Shown in pieces: positions 1 through 8,663 of a stretch of DNA of 64,000 nucleotides. The position numbers and the translations under genes are program-made. Location of the stretch: positions 96,001-160,000 of the IMG/VR virus record IMGVR_UViG_3300013102_000030, one strand, 5' to 3'. Each line of letters begins with the position of its first letter. Within the stretch, counting starts at the first letter, position 1. Source of the stretch: a virus. The notes under the pieces were generated by a model. The model was not told the DNA's origin. It ran no database searches and saw nothing but the letters and a program-made list of their open reading frames with translations.

Positions 1-108
1 GACCCAACACCTACGCCTATTCCAACCCCGGAAAAAGCGGTAGATGAGGAAGCCGTCATTGACGCATTCCTCGCTTTCCTCAAGAAGGAATACTTCCTAA
101 AGAAGTAA
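1..108 (+). CDS. 3' end of a gene (Pro/Thr-rich linker, ends ...KEYFLKK*), partial
   Basis: Frame 1 is open to TAA 106-108 and is followed by a terminator. Confidence 0.7.
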   Translation, partial: DPTPTPIPTPEKAVDEEAVIDAFLAFLKKEYFLKK

Positions 109-122
109 CTCGTACCACGAAG

Positions 123-153
123 AGGCAGGGACGATTTGTGTCCCTGCCTTTTC
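123..153 (+). terminator. Intrinsic terminator
   Basis: AGGCAGGGAC-loop-GTCCCTGCCT followed by TTTC. Confidence 0.75.
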
Positions 154-235
154 TGGTATAAACTGTTCATTGTCATTGCCGCTCCCCTACCAGAAAGAAA
201 AAGGCAGCCTAGAATCCCCACGACCCATTGGACTT

Positions 236-895
236 ATGAATACTCAAACAAAACTCACTGCAATTGCCTCTACTATCCTGCTCTCCGTGTGCTTGGCAGG
301 CCCCGCAAAAGCCACAACCGAGACTGACCGAACAATCCCTCCGCTTGAAGCAGTAGACGTACCAATCTCTGCGCCCACCACATCAGCACTGACCTACGAC
401 AAGCCAACTGTCACCACCAGTGCTGCTCCTGTTGTTCAGGAAGTCGCACCCGCAGCAGCGGTACAGAGCGCTCCAGCAGCCAAGACTGCTCCAGTAGCTC
501 CCGCCCCTGTTCAGACCGCTCCTGTGGCCCCTAAGGCTGCTCCAGCGCCTGCTACACCGGCACCCGCAGCACCGGCAGTTCCAGCTTCCAGCAGGGGCGC
601 TCTCCTGCTTGCATCTGCGTACTCCCAGATCGGAATCACACAGGACTGCACCGCCATGGTTGAGCACGCTCTCGCGTCCATCGGAATTATCTCCGGTGAT
701 CTCGCCCCAGCCCAGTTCTTCCGCTTTGGCCCTGTAGTCGGGTCTCCAGAACCGGGAGACATCCTCATCTCTGCTGGTCACGTAGGAATCTACGCTGGCA
801 ATGGACAGATGATCTCCGGTGGATTCAACGGAAGCCAGACGGTTCTACACCCCGTCAGTTACGTTGGTGCTTACTCTGCTGTACGAGTTGCGTAA
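236..895 (+). CDS. Secreted NlpC/P60-like peptidoglycan endopeptidase
   Basis: Signal peptide, Pro/Ala linker, C-terminal QDCTAMV...PGDIL...GHVGIYAGNG catalytic motifs; ATG 236 preferred over TTG 170. Confidence 0.8.
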   Translation: MNTQTKLTAIASTILLSVCLAGPAKATTETDRTIPPLEAVDVPISAPTTSALTYDKPTVTTSAAPVVQEVAPAAAVQSAPAAKTAPVAPAPVQTAPVAPKAAPAPATPAPAAPAVPASSRGALLLASAYSQIGITQDCTAMVEHALASIGIISGDLAPAQFFRFGPVVGSPEPGDILISAGHVGIYAGNGQMISGGFNGSQTVLHPVSYVGAYSAVRVA

Positions 896-925
896 AGTCT
901 CTCCATAGACTATAATTGAATGGAT

Positions 926-996
926 GCCTCAGGTCTCTGGCGAAGCGCGGTTCTCTCATAAGGAACTGGTAGGTGGTTCGATCCCACCCTGAGGTA
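926..996 (+). tRNA. tRNA-Met/Ile2 (CAT), degenerate D-arm
   Basis: Acceptor GCCTCAG/CTGAGGT, anticodon arm GTTCT-CTCATAA-GGAAC, T arm GGTGG-TTCGATC-CCACC; G at position 8, weak D stem. Confidence 0.75.
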
Positions 997-1022
997 CGTA
1001 ATACTCAATGACAAAGGTATAA

Positions 1023-1742
1023 ATGACAACTCCCTTCTACGAACTGCCCCTGCTCTCCCTTGACACGGAAACGACAGGTGTTGACGTGTTCACGGATCGC
1101 GTGGTAACATGTAACATCACATATGACTACCCTGACGGTCGAGATCCCTTCATTGCTGACTGGATCATCAATCCGGGAGTTCCGATCCCGCAAGGTGCAT
1201 CGGATGTGCATGGCATCACAGACGAAATCGCTCAGAGAGATGGCGGTGACCCGTTCACGGTGCTCACCAACGTAGCACAACATCTCAAGTACTGGGGCGA
1301 TCTTGGACTTCCTTACGTTATTTACAACGCTAGTTTTGACACTACTATCCTTATGGCTGAATTTGACCGTTATGGCATTCCTCAGCCTACTGGGTGGAAT
1401 TGTGTTATTGACCCTTTGGTACTGGATAAAGGGGTAGAACCATATCGAAAGGGAAGCCGAAAGCTGATTGACACAGCGCGGCACTATGGCATAGAATTGT
1501 CGGAAGAAGACGCGCACAGCGCAAACTTTGACTCCATGGCTTCTGTCAAGATCTCACGAGCCATCGGGCGAAAGTATGAGATCGACTCCCCACTGGATGA
1601 GGTCCACGCGCAGCAAGTCATCTGGAAGGCAAAGCAGGCCAAGGGTCTACAGGACTACTTCCGGAAATCCAAGAATGATGACACCATCGTCATCAACGGA
1701 GAATGGCCGTTCCAGACAAGAGAGTTGACACCAACTTTCTAA
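1023..1742 (+). CDS. DnaQ-like (DEDDh) 3'-5' exonuclease
   Basis: LDTETTG, VHGIT, YNASFD and AHSANFD motifs. Confidence 0.9.
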   Translation: MTTPFYELPLLSLDTETTGVDVFTDRVVTCNITYDYPDGRDPFIADWIINPGVPIPQGASDVHGITDEIAQRDGGDPFTVLTNVAQHLKYWGDLGLPYVIYNASFDTTILMAEFDRYGIPQPTGWNCVIDPLVLDKGVEPYRKGSRKLIDTARHYGIELSEEDAHSANFDSMASVKISRAIGRKYEIDSPLDEVHAQQVIWKAKQAKGLQDYFRKSKNDDTIVINGEWPFQTRELTPTF

Positions 1743-1761
1743 GTATGGTACAATAGAGTCT

Positions 1762-1842
1762 TATGGAGTAGAGAAGTTCGGTATCTCGCTGGTTTCATAA
1801 GCCAGAGGACGCATTCAAGTGGTTCAAATCCCGCCTCCGTCT
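1762..1842 (+). tRNA. tRNA-Met (CAT), initiator-like, T-stem disrupted by an insertion
   Basis: 1:72 mismatch, D arm GAGA/TCTC, CTGGT-TTCATAA-GCCAG; about 8 extra nt (ATTCAAGT) before the T loop. Confidence 0.7.
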
Positions 1843-1882
1843 CTAGTAGTACGTCACCGCCTTTGACGATAAAAAGGCACCG

Positions 1883-1954
1883 ACCCGTGTAGCTCAAAGG
1901 CAGAGCGGCGCACTGTTAATGCGTAGGTTATAGGTTCGAATCCTATCATGGGTG
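1883..1954 (+). tRNA. tRNA-Asn (GTT)
   Basis: ACCCGTG/CATGGGT, GCGCA-CTGTTAA-TGCGT, TTCGAAT T loop. Confidence 0.92.
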
Positions 1955-2087
1955 CAAACGCATCACTTCCCTGCTTAGGCTGGTGAGTGGTCGGGAGTAG
2001 GTCTTGTATTGCTACGGCCAACCTACTCTAATTATGGTGCAGATTCACGTCCCTCTGTCCGAGCAATCGGTTAGGCACTGCATCGAT

Positions 2088-2160
2088 GGGGACTTAGCTC
2101 AGTTGGTAGAGCGGTTGCTTTGCAAGCAGCATGTCAGGAGTTCGATTCTCCTAGTCTCCA
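2088..2160 (+). tRNA. tRNA-Ala (TGC)
   Basis: GGGGACT/AGTCTCC with G3:U70, loop TTTGCAA. Confidence 0.95.
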
Positions 2161-2274
2161 CGCAATCTAATGCCGCGAGGCCGTTAAACATCCCAACAGT
2201 GTTGTGAACCAGCCACACGTCCGCCTGACGTAAAAGGCCCCTAAGCTTTGTCCCTACAATACAATGGAGTATTC

Positions 2275-2403
2275 ATGCCAGATAACGACCCCGATTACAA
2301 AACAATCGTGGAAAAGGCGCTTCACGAACTTCAACTAATGAAGGATCGAAGCTGCATCGATTATGGCAGACTCCGATGGATTCTAGAGGGACGACCAGTT
2401 TGA
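2275..2403 (+). CDS. Small hypothetical protein (42 aa, MPDNDPDYK...)
   Basis: GGAG RBS, ATG, open to TGA; below the ORF-track cutoff. Confidence 0.55.
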   Translation: MPDNDPDYKTIVEKALHELQLMKDRSCIDYGRLRWILEGRPV

Positions 2404-2475
2404 GCGGTTAGAGGCGCGGCTGCACTCTAATCCCCTTTGTGCGAGTGCCGGAACGCACGCTCAACTTCCGGCTTT

Positions 2476-2548
2476 CCCCTCATAATATAGCGGCCTAATA
2501 TGCTCGCCTGTCTAGTGAGTTACACGGGTTCAAATCCCGTTGAGGGGA
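2476..2548 (+). tRNA. tRNA-Asp (GTC), atypical U37/A73
   Basis: CCCCTCA/TGAGGGG, CTCGC-CTGTCTA-GTGAG, ACGGG-TTCAAAT-CCCGT. Confidence 0.85.
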
Positions 2549-2585
2549 CTTTTTCATGCCCAAAACAAATCAAAGTAAAGGAAAT

Positions 2586-3557
2586 ATGGAACGCCAGCTT
2601 GTCACACTTGAAACTATCTCAGAAATCAACCCCATTCCTGATGCAGACGCTATCGAAGTCGCCAAGGTTCGCGGGTGGAATGTTGTCACTAAGAAGGGCG
2701 AGTTTCAGCCCGGAGACGAAGTCCTCTACTTTGAGATCGATTCTTTCCTTCCCATTTCCGACCCTCGGTTCGCTTTCCTTGAACCACGTGGTGTCCGAGT
2801 ACAGGATGGAGTTACGGGACACGTTCTCAAAACTGTACGCCTTAGAGGCCAGTACTCTCAAGGACTTATCAAACCAGTATCTGAATTTCCTGAGGGACTT
2901 CCGGATATCGTCAAGTTTGACCCTCCCCTTCCCGCAGGTCTTGAAGGTGCAGTAGAAGGCCAGTTCCTCTACCAGTTCGCTCCCAAGACGGATGCAGAGC
3001 GTATTCAGAACCTTGGACGAGTCCTCAATGAGATCCATGAGCACGAGTGGACTGCCACTGAGAAGATCGACGGAACATCTACCACAATCGTCAACGATGG
3101 CGGAACCATCCGGATCTGCTCCCGTAACTGGGAGATCAGCCGCCCCAGCGCACGGTTCGATCTTGCCGACAAGCTGAACCTTGCGGAGATCCTTCCTGTG
3201 GATCACGCGATTCAGGGTGAGTACTTTGGTGAGAACATCCAAGGTAACCCTCTCGGGATCAAGGGCACGGACTTCAAGGCGTTCAACCTCTACCGGAAGA
3301 CCGATAATGGCCCTGTAGCTGTTCCGTTCAATGAGTGGGGCGAAGAGCTTAGCGCTCTACAGGTCCCTGTGCTTCCTCTGACGCTCCCGCAGGCCATCCA
3401 TGAGATTGTGGATCAGGCTGATGGTTTGAAGTCTGTAATCAACCCACAGCGCCTTGCAGAAGGTATTGTGTGGCAGGGACCGAAGGGCTTCCCGTTCTTG
3501 GGTAACCGTCCCGGATTCAAGGCCATCTCCAACAAGTACCTTGCCAAGCAGAAGTAG
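2586..3557 (+). CDS. RNA ligase, DRB0094 family
   Basis: N-terminal IPDADAIE...GDEVLYFEIDS; TEKIDGTS, QGEYFG, EGIV and FKAIS ligase motifs; AAGGA RBS before ATG 2586. Confidence 0.9.
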   Translation: MERQLVTLETISEINPIPDADAIEVAKVRGWNVVTKKGEFQPGDEVLYFEIDSFLPISDPRFAFLEPRGVRVQDGVTGHVLKTVRLRGQYSQGLIKPVSEFPEGLPDIVKFDPPLPAGLEGAVEGQFLYQFAPKTDAERIQNLGRVLNEIHEHEWTATEKIDGTSTTIVNDGGTIRICSRNWEISRPSARFDLADKLNLAEILPVDHAIQGEYFGENIQGNPLGIKGTDFKAFNLYRKTDNGPVAVPFNEWGEELSALQVPVLPLTLPQAIHEIVDQADGLKSVINPQRLAEGIVWQGPKGFPFLGNRPGFKAISNKYLAKQK

Positions 3558-3576
3558 AGCATGATACAATAGTATC

Positions 3577-3650
3577 GGTGGCTGTAGCTCAGTTGGTAGA
3601 GCGCTTGCTTGTGGCGCAAGATGTCGCGGGTTCGAATCCCGTCAGTCACC
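3577..3650 (+). tRNA. tRNA-His (GTG)
   Basis: G-1:C73, GTGGCTG/CAGTCAC, loop TTGTGGC. Confidence 0.95.
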
Positions 3651-3661
3651 CTCAGATTGCG

Positions 3662-3702
3662 AAAATAGTCTAGACCTGATACAATGGTCTAGACTATTTT
3701 TG
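3662..3702 (+). terminator. 15-bp perfect inverted repeat/terminator with TGATACAAT in the loop
   Basis: AAAATAGTCTAGACC-TGATACAAT-GGTCTAGACTATTTT. Confidence 0.75.
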
Positions 3703-3722
3703 TTCCCCGACGAAAGACAATA

Positions 3723-4742
3723 ATGACAGAAAAAATCCTCCTGACCGGTGCTGGTGGAGCAATTGGCGTTCATATGCTAGCCCACCTGATGCACAACACG
3801 GACGCTACTGTAATCGCAACCGGAAGCTTCCGTAACAAGGGGTACTACGACCGCATTACCCGAGTCTGTAGGAATCATCCGGACTGGAAAGATCGTATTG
3901 AGATTCTAGTTCACGACCTTACAGTCCCGTTCTCCACCCGTCAAGTGGAATCCCTTCAGGGCGTTGACCACATCATCAACCTTGCTTCCCTCTCGGATGT
4001 CTACGATTCCATCGAGAATCCGGTACCGTTTGTCCGCAACAACGTTGATCTTGTCCTGAATATGCTGGAACTTGCGCGTCAGATCAAGCCAAAGACTTTC
4101 ATTCAGTTCTCAACCGATGAAGTCTACGGCCCCTGTGACGTAAACTCCAACGGACACAAGGAATGGGACACCATCCTGCCGTCCAACCCGTACGCAGCCT
4201 CCAAGGCAGCGCAGGAAGCCATTGCCATCTCCTACTGGAGAAGCTATGGAGTCCCTGTCATTCTCACAAACACTATGAACAATTTCGGTGAGATGCAGGG
4301 AGTTTCCAAGTTTACTGCTATGATTCAGAAGAAGCTTCAGGAAGGCGAGAAGGTAACAGTTCACGCAGCTTCTGACGGACAGATCGGCACCCGCTACTAC
4401 TTGCACTCCCGCAACGCGTCGGATGCTGTTCTGCACATCCTGAAAAACCTACCGGCAACGCTCCACCAGCCGGGAGAAATCGACCGTCCAGACCGCTACA
4501 ATGTGGTTGGAGACAAGCAGGTTTCAAACCTTGACCTCGCTCAGACCATTGCGGATCTGATGGGCAAGGAACTGGATCACGAGCTTGTAGACTTCCACTC
4601 TGAGCAGCCCGGACACGATTTGCACTACGGACTCGATGGTGCTAAGCTCAAGGCGACAGGATGGGAATCTCCCTACTCCTTTGAAGACTCCCTCAAGAAC
4701 ACCATTGAGTGGCAAGTCCGCAATCCCGAGTGGATGAAGTAA
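3723..4742 (+). CDS. NDP-sugar 4,6-dehydratase (RmlB-like extended SDR)
   Basis: TGAGGAIG, STDEVYG, YAASK, PGHDLHY motifs. Confidence 0.9.
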   Translation: MTEKILLTGAGGAIGVHMLAHLMHNTDATVIATGSFRNKGYYDRITRVCRNHPDWKDRIEILVHDLTVPFSTRQVESLQGVDHIINLASLSDVYDSIENPVPFVRNNVDLVLNMLELARQIKPKTFIQFSTDEVYGPCDVNSNGHKEWDTILPSNPYAASKAAQEAIAISYWRSYGVPVILTNTMNNFGEMQGVSKFTAMIQKKLQEGEKVTVHAASDGQIGTRYYLHSRNASDAVLHILKNLPATLHQPGEIDRPDRYNVVGDKQVSNLDLAQTIADLMGKELDHELVDFHSEQPGHDLHYGLDGAKLKATGWESPYSFEDSLKNTIEWQVRNPEWMK

Positions 4743-4751
4743 TCTGATCGA

Positions 4752-4782
4752 GCGGTCCCAGCACCCTTCTGTGCTGGGGCCG
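4752..4782 (+). terminator. GC-rich hairpin, likely terminator
   Basis: GCGGTCCCAGCAC/GTGCTGGGGCCGC. Confidence 0.55.
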
Positions 4783-4814
4783 CGCCCTCTAACAAACTAA
4801 AGGAAAAAGTACAT

Positions 4815-6986
4815 TTGAAGATCGAAGTAAAAGAAGCTACAGTTCTCTCCAACGTTCCACAGGGAAACGTCACCGCAATGTCTATCTCGGTGGACGGCAT
4901 GGAACACATCATGTCCCTTCTGACCAACCTGTACAAGGACCCTGAACTCGCTGTCATCCGTGAGTACTACACAAACGCACTGGATGCTCACGTAGCAGCC
5001 GGAGTCACCGACAAGCACGTTCTGGTCACCCTCCCGTCTTGGGACTCCCCCACATACGTTGTACAGGACTTTGGCATCGGTATGTCTGAAGAAGACATCA
5101 AGAACATCTACGCACAGTACGGTGCCTCCACCAAACGCAACACCAACGATCAGGTTGGCGCTTTCGGTCTTGGATGCAAGTCCGCCCTCACCATTGCCAC
5201 TCAGTTCACCATCGTATCCGTCAAGGATGGCTGGAAGACCACCGCCCTGATTTCCAAGACGGAAACTGGTGTCAACACCATCAACATCATCAGCCGCATT
5301 GATACGTCTGAAGGTAACGGAACCACTGTCAAGATCCCTGTTCCGGATGACTACAGCTTCAACCGGAAGGCTGAGAAGTTCTTCCCGTTCTCTGCTCCGG
5401 GACTGGTCAAGGTCAACGGCAATGAACCGAAGTACGTTCTGGAAGGTCTGACAAAGGTCACCGACCCCAACGATCCAACCCGTGAAGTCTTCCTTCAGCC
5501 TGACACCTACGGAACCTCTTACCTTATCATGGGTAACGTTGGATATGCCCTGTCCGATGATGAAATCAAGTCCTCCCTTGCACGTCTGAAGCGTGAGCAC
5601 AGCCGACTCTTTCTCAACATGCCCAAGTACTTCCCAGTACCCATCGGATCTGTTGACCTTACTCCGTCCCGTGAAGGTCTGCGGTTCACTGAGAAGACCG
5701 AAGACCTTGTTGACGAACTGATCACCTTCATGCTTGACGATCTCGCCCGTATCGCACAGGAAGAGATTGACAACTCCACTAACCTAACCGAATTCTGGAA
5801 GGCTCAGGAGAAGTGGGGAAACCTGCTTGAGAAAGACAAGATGAACGTCTGGAAGGGCGAGCACGTTCCGGCATGGATCGATCTGGACAACGAAATGCGG
5901 ATCATTGAACGATCTGACTACTACGGCTCCAGCCACCAGACCACCAAGCGGTTCAACCTCAAGCGGGATTCCGAACGTATCCTTGTCACCGGCTTCTCTG
6001 CCGACCAGTACAAGCGCGTCAACTCCTACCTGACCCCCTACATGAAGGCTGTGGATCTGGACTCCGCTGTCTTCGTGATCACCGACGACACGGAACTGTT
6101 TACCAACAAGTGGATTCCATTCCTTGAAAAGGTGACAGTCGTCTCCGGTGATGATATCATTGCCAAGGGCAAGGAACAGCGCAAGAAGGATCGAGCGTCA
6201 GCTTCGTCCTCCGCAGGTCCGGTCACTCGTGAGAAGACCAAGTACCCTGTTGTCTTCCTTGACGATGAGAAGATCCGCTGGGTTCCCTCTGATGAGATCC
6301 CTGATGATACTCCGTACTTGATGCGTACCCACGTTTGGCAGAACAGTCATCTTGACAACTTCGTGAAGAACCTGTACTATTTTGATCTGAACACCGATAA
6401 GGATCTCAGCGCGGATCGAGTCAAGGCTTTTGAAGCCCTGACGAAATCTCGCACGATTATCCTGATGGGTGGCGGTCGATCAGAAACCACGCTGCTGTCT
6501 CGCGTTCCAACGACTTATCCTCTCGCGGATGATGCCAAGGCCGCAGCAGTTGATGTAAAGGCTCTGATCACTCCGGAAGTTCTGGCCCACTACTCTGTGA
6601 CCAAGAGTTCTTGGCAGCAGTTCCTTGACCGTGCTGGTCTCCGCAACAAGATCGACCGGATCAAGGACAAGAAAATCAAGGCAGTCATCATCCCTGAAGA
6701 AGCCACTCGTAAGGCTTACGACAAGGCAAAGGCTACCATCGATACACTCTCTTGGGCCATGATCAAGGGTGTTGAAATCCCGTCCATGGAACTCAACGAC
6801 ACCAAGGATTCCACCTTGGAACTGACCAAGAAGTACCCTCTGGTCGATGCCATCACCACATGGCAACTGAACGACAAGAGCCGTAACCATCTCATCACGT
6901 ACCTCAATGCTGTACACGATGAGACGGAAGCCGCGCTCGCGTCAAAGGTTCTACCGCCCATCCCGGCTGTACCTGCATCTGTCTGA
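4815..6986 (+). CDS. rIIA: rIIA-like protein (N-terminal GHKL/Hsp90-type ATPase)
   Basis: IREYYTNALDA, DFGIGM, GAFGLG, GTTV and LTPSREGL motifs; directly upstream of the rIIB-like gene. Confidence 0.85.
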   Translation: MKIEVKEATVLSNVPQGNVTAMSISVDGMEHIMSLLTNLYKDPELAVIREYYTNALDAHVAAGVTDKHVLVTLPSWDSPTYVVQDFGIGMSEEDIKNIYAQYGASTKRNTNDQVGAFGLGCKSALTIATQFTIVSVKDGWKTTALISKTETGVNTINIISRIDTSEGNGTTVKIPVPDDYSFNRKAEKFFPFSAPGLVKVNGNEPKYVLEGLTKVTDPNDPTREVFLQPDTYGTSYLIMGNVGYALSDDEIKSSLARLKREHSRLFLNMPKYFPVPIGSVDLTPSREGLRFTEKTEDLVDELITFMLDDLARIAQEEIDNSTNLTEFWKAQEKWGNLLEKDKMNVWKGEHVPAWIDLDNEMRIIERSDYYGSSHQTTKRFNLKRDSERILVTGFSADQYKRVNSYLTPYMKAVDLDSAVFVITDDTELFTNKWIPFLEKVTVVSGDDIIAKGKEQRKKDRASASSSAGPVTREKTKYPVVFLDDEKIRWVPSDEIPDDTPYLMRTHVWQNSHLDNFVKNLYYFDLNTDKDLSADRVKAFEALTKSRTIILMGGGRSETTLLSRVPTTYPLADDAKAAAVDVKALITPEVLAHYSVTKSSWQQFLDRAGLRNKIDRIKDKKIKAVIIPEEATRKAYDKAKATIDTLSWAMIKGVEIPSMELNDTKDSTLELTKKYPLVDAITTWQLNDKSRNHLITYLNAVHDETEAALASKVLPPIPAVPASV

Positions 6987-7014
6987 ATTACAAACAACTG
7001 AAAGGCAATACTAG

Positions 7015-7971
7015 ATGACATTGTTTTCCCTCTCCGAAGACCGCAAGGGCAAGACTCTTACGATCTTCTTTGACAACGGAGACTGTGAGCCGATCCCGGA
7101 ATCTCACGTCAACTTCAAGAAGATCCTTGGAATGTGGCTTGAAGGTGGCAAGATCGATGACACCGAAGTCCGAGAACTGACAAAGATCATGGAGACGGTT
7201 GCCAAGAAGCTTGCCGTCCTGTCCGAGCGTATCACTGTGGACTCCGATGGAGTGTACTTTGATGGTGATCCGCTCAACGGTGAAGTCTCCGAACTGATCA
7301 AGAACGCGTACCTGAACGACGAAGAGCTTCAGGTTGGCTCTCTGGTCAACTTCATTGAGAAGGCTATGACCAACCCGTCCCTGAAGTCGCTGGATGATCT
7401 CTACCGCTGGATCAAGAACGGTGACTTGGTCATCGATCCTGACGGTGATATCCTTGCCTACAAGGGCACCGTCCTGAACTCCAAGGGCATCCCTGAGTCG
7501 GTCCACTCCGGTACGGCATTCGTCAACGGTGAGAAGATCACCGGCAAGATCCCGAACGTCGCTGGAACCACCATCACCATGCCGCGCTCCAATGTCAACG
7601 ACAACGAAGCCATTGCATGCTCCACAGGTCTGCACGCTGGTACGTACCGCTACGCCTCCAGCTTCGCTCAGCACTTGATTCAGGTCAAGATCAACCCTCG
7701 TGACGTTGTGTCTGTCCCGAAGGATGCCCGTGACCAGAAGATGCGTGTCTCCCGGTACATCGTACTGGACAAGATCACCGAGCGCGTCAAGACGACCTTT
7801 GCCAAGGCTCCTGTAGCCGTCAAGGAGATCTCCGAGACCAAGAGTGAGATCAAGACCGAGAAGCCTGCTGTACCCGCAGCAGAACGCATTGGAGCCGTCC
7901 GTGACTCCAAGGGCCGCTTCATCAAGGGAGCCAAGGTTCCCCGTGACGAGAAGGGACGGTTCATCCGATGA
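7015..7971 (+). CDS. rIIB: rIIB-like protein
   Basis: NPS...DG.ILAYK, MPRSNV, CSTGLHAG, INPRDVVSVP; C-terminal RD.KGRFI repeated twice. Confidence 0.88.
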   Translation: MTLFSLSEDRKGKTLTIFFDNGDCEPIPESHVNFKKILGMWLEGGKIDDTEVRELTKIMETVAKKLAVLSERITVDSDGVYFDGDPLNGEVSELIKNAYLNDEELQVGSLVNFIEKAMTNPSLKSLDDLYRWIKNGDLVIDPDGDILAYKGTVLNSKGIPESVHSGTAFVNGEKITGKIPNVAGTTITMPRSNVNDNEAIACSTGLHAGTYRYASSFAQHLIQVKINPRDVVSVPKDARDQKMRVSRYIVLDKITERVKTTFAKAPVAVKEISETKSEIKTEKPAVPAAERIGAVRDSKGRFIKGAKVPRDEKGRFIR

Positions 7972-8189
7972 GCCAGAATACAGAAACCTCTAGCAAGAGT
8001 GGCATCGGCTTTGTCGGCCTGCTGACTCTGCTCTTCATCGGCCTCAAGCTGGCCGGTATCGGTGTGGTTGCAACATGGTCTTGGTGGTGGGTTCTTTCCC
8101 CAATCTGGATCACATTCTCCCTTGTGTTTGTGATTGCACTTGTTGCATTCATCATCTTGGGCATTGCGTTCCTCATCAAAAATAAGTAG
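7968..8189 (+). CDS. Small membrane protein
   Basis: GIGFVGLL...LKL...WSWWWVLSPIWI hydrophobic motif; ATGA overlap. Confidence 0.8.
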   Translation: MSQNTETSSKSGIGFVGLLTLLFIGLKLAGIGVVATWSWWWVLSPIWITFSLVFVIALVAFIILGIAFLIKNK

Positions 8190-8227
8190 TACAATAGGTT
8201 TACCGCTCCTCGGGGCGGTATTCCTTT

Positions 8228-8301
8228 GCCCTTGTAGCTCAGCAGGATAGAGCGTCCCTCTCCTAAAGGGAAGGCCACCAGTTCGAATCTGGTCAAGGGC
8301 A
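8228..8301 (+). tRNA. tRNA-Arg (CCT)
   Basis: GCCCTTG/CAAGGGC, TCCCT-CTCCTAA-AGGGA. Confidence 0.93.
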
Positions 8302-8362
8302 CGTGACAAAACAATTTGAAGATGATATAATGGTTTCATCAACAAGTTATGTCCGTTGAAAT

Positions 8363-8434
8363 GCTTCCTTAGCTCAGTGGTAGAGCGCATTCTTGGTAAG
8401 AATGAGGTCGCGGGATCGATTCCCGCAGGAAGCT
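8363..8434 (+). tRNA. tRNA-Thr (GGT)
   Basis: GCTTCCT/AGGAAGC, CATTC-TTGGTAA-GAATG; T loop ATCGATT. Confidence 0.92.
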
Positions 8435-8436
8435 CT

Positions 8437-8558
8437 ATGTTTCTGCGTCCCCCATGATGTTTTAGGCCGAGTGGGTACGTTGATAGACCTGAGTCCCCAT
8501 TTAGCGTCAACGCGCAAGGGCGAGGGTCCGTGGGTTCGAATCCCACACGCAGAGACAT
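8437..8558 (+). ncRNA. tRNA-like ncRNA lacking a canonical anticodon arm
   Basis: 12-bp terminal stem stacked on a perfect T arm GTGGG-TTCGAAT-CCCAC; about 80-nt non-tRNA interior. Confidence 0.65.
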
Positions 8559-8564
8559 TGACCT

Positions 8565-8639
8565 GCGGGTATGGTCGAAAGGCAAGGCGGCTGACTGCAA
8601 ATCAGCAGAGTCCCGGTTCGATTCCGGGTTCCCGCTCCA
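8565..8639 (+). tRNA. tRNA-Cys (GCA), CCA encoded
   Basis: GCTGA-CTGCAAA-TCAGC, U73, CCA. Confidence 0.92.
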
Positions 8640-8663
8640 CTACGATTTTTGAAAGGACTGAAT

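Noticed and set aside
110-235. c-di-AMP (ydaO) riboswitch before the NlpC/P60 gene
   Set aside because: Only a terminator and a -10 box are seen; no ydaO consensus
1955-2240. HDV-like (theta) ribozymes at tRNA 3' ends
   Set aside because: Could not build the nested P1/P2/P3/P1.1 fold by hand; a motif search is still worthwhile
2088-2475. tmRNA (Ala acceptor, pseudoknots, short ORF)
   Set aside because: tRNA-Ala is a complete cloverleaf; the ORF has its own RBS and ATG; no enclosing tRNA-like domain
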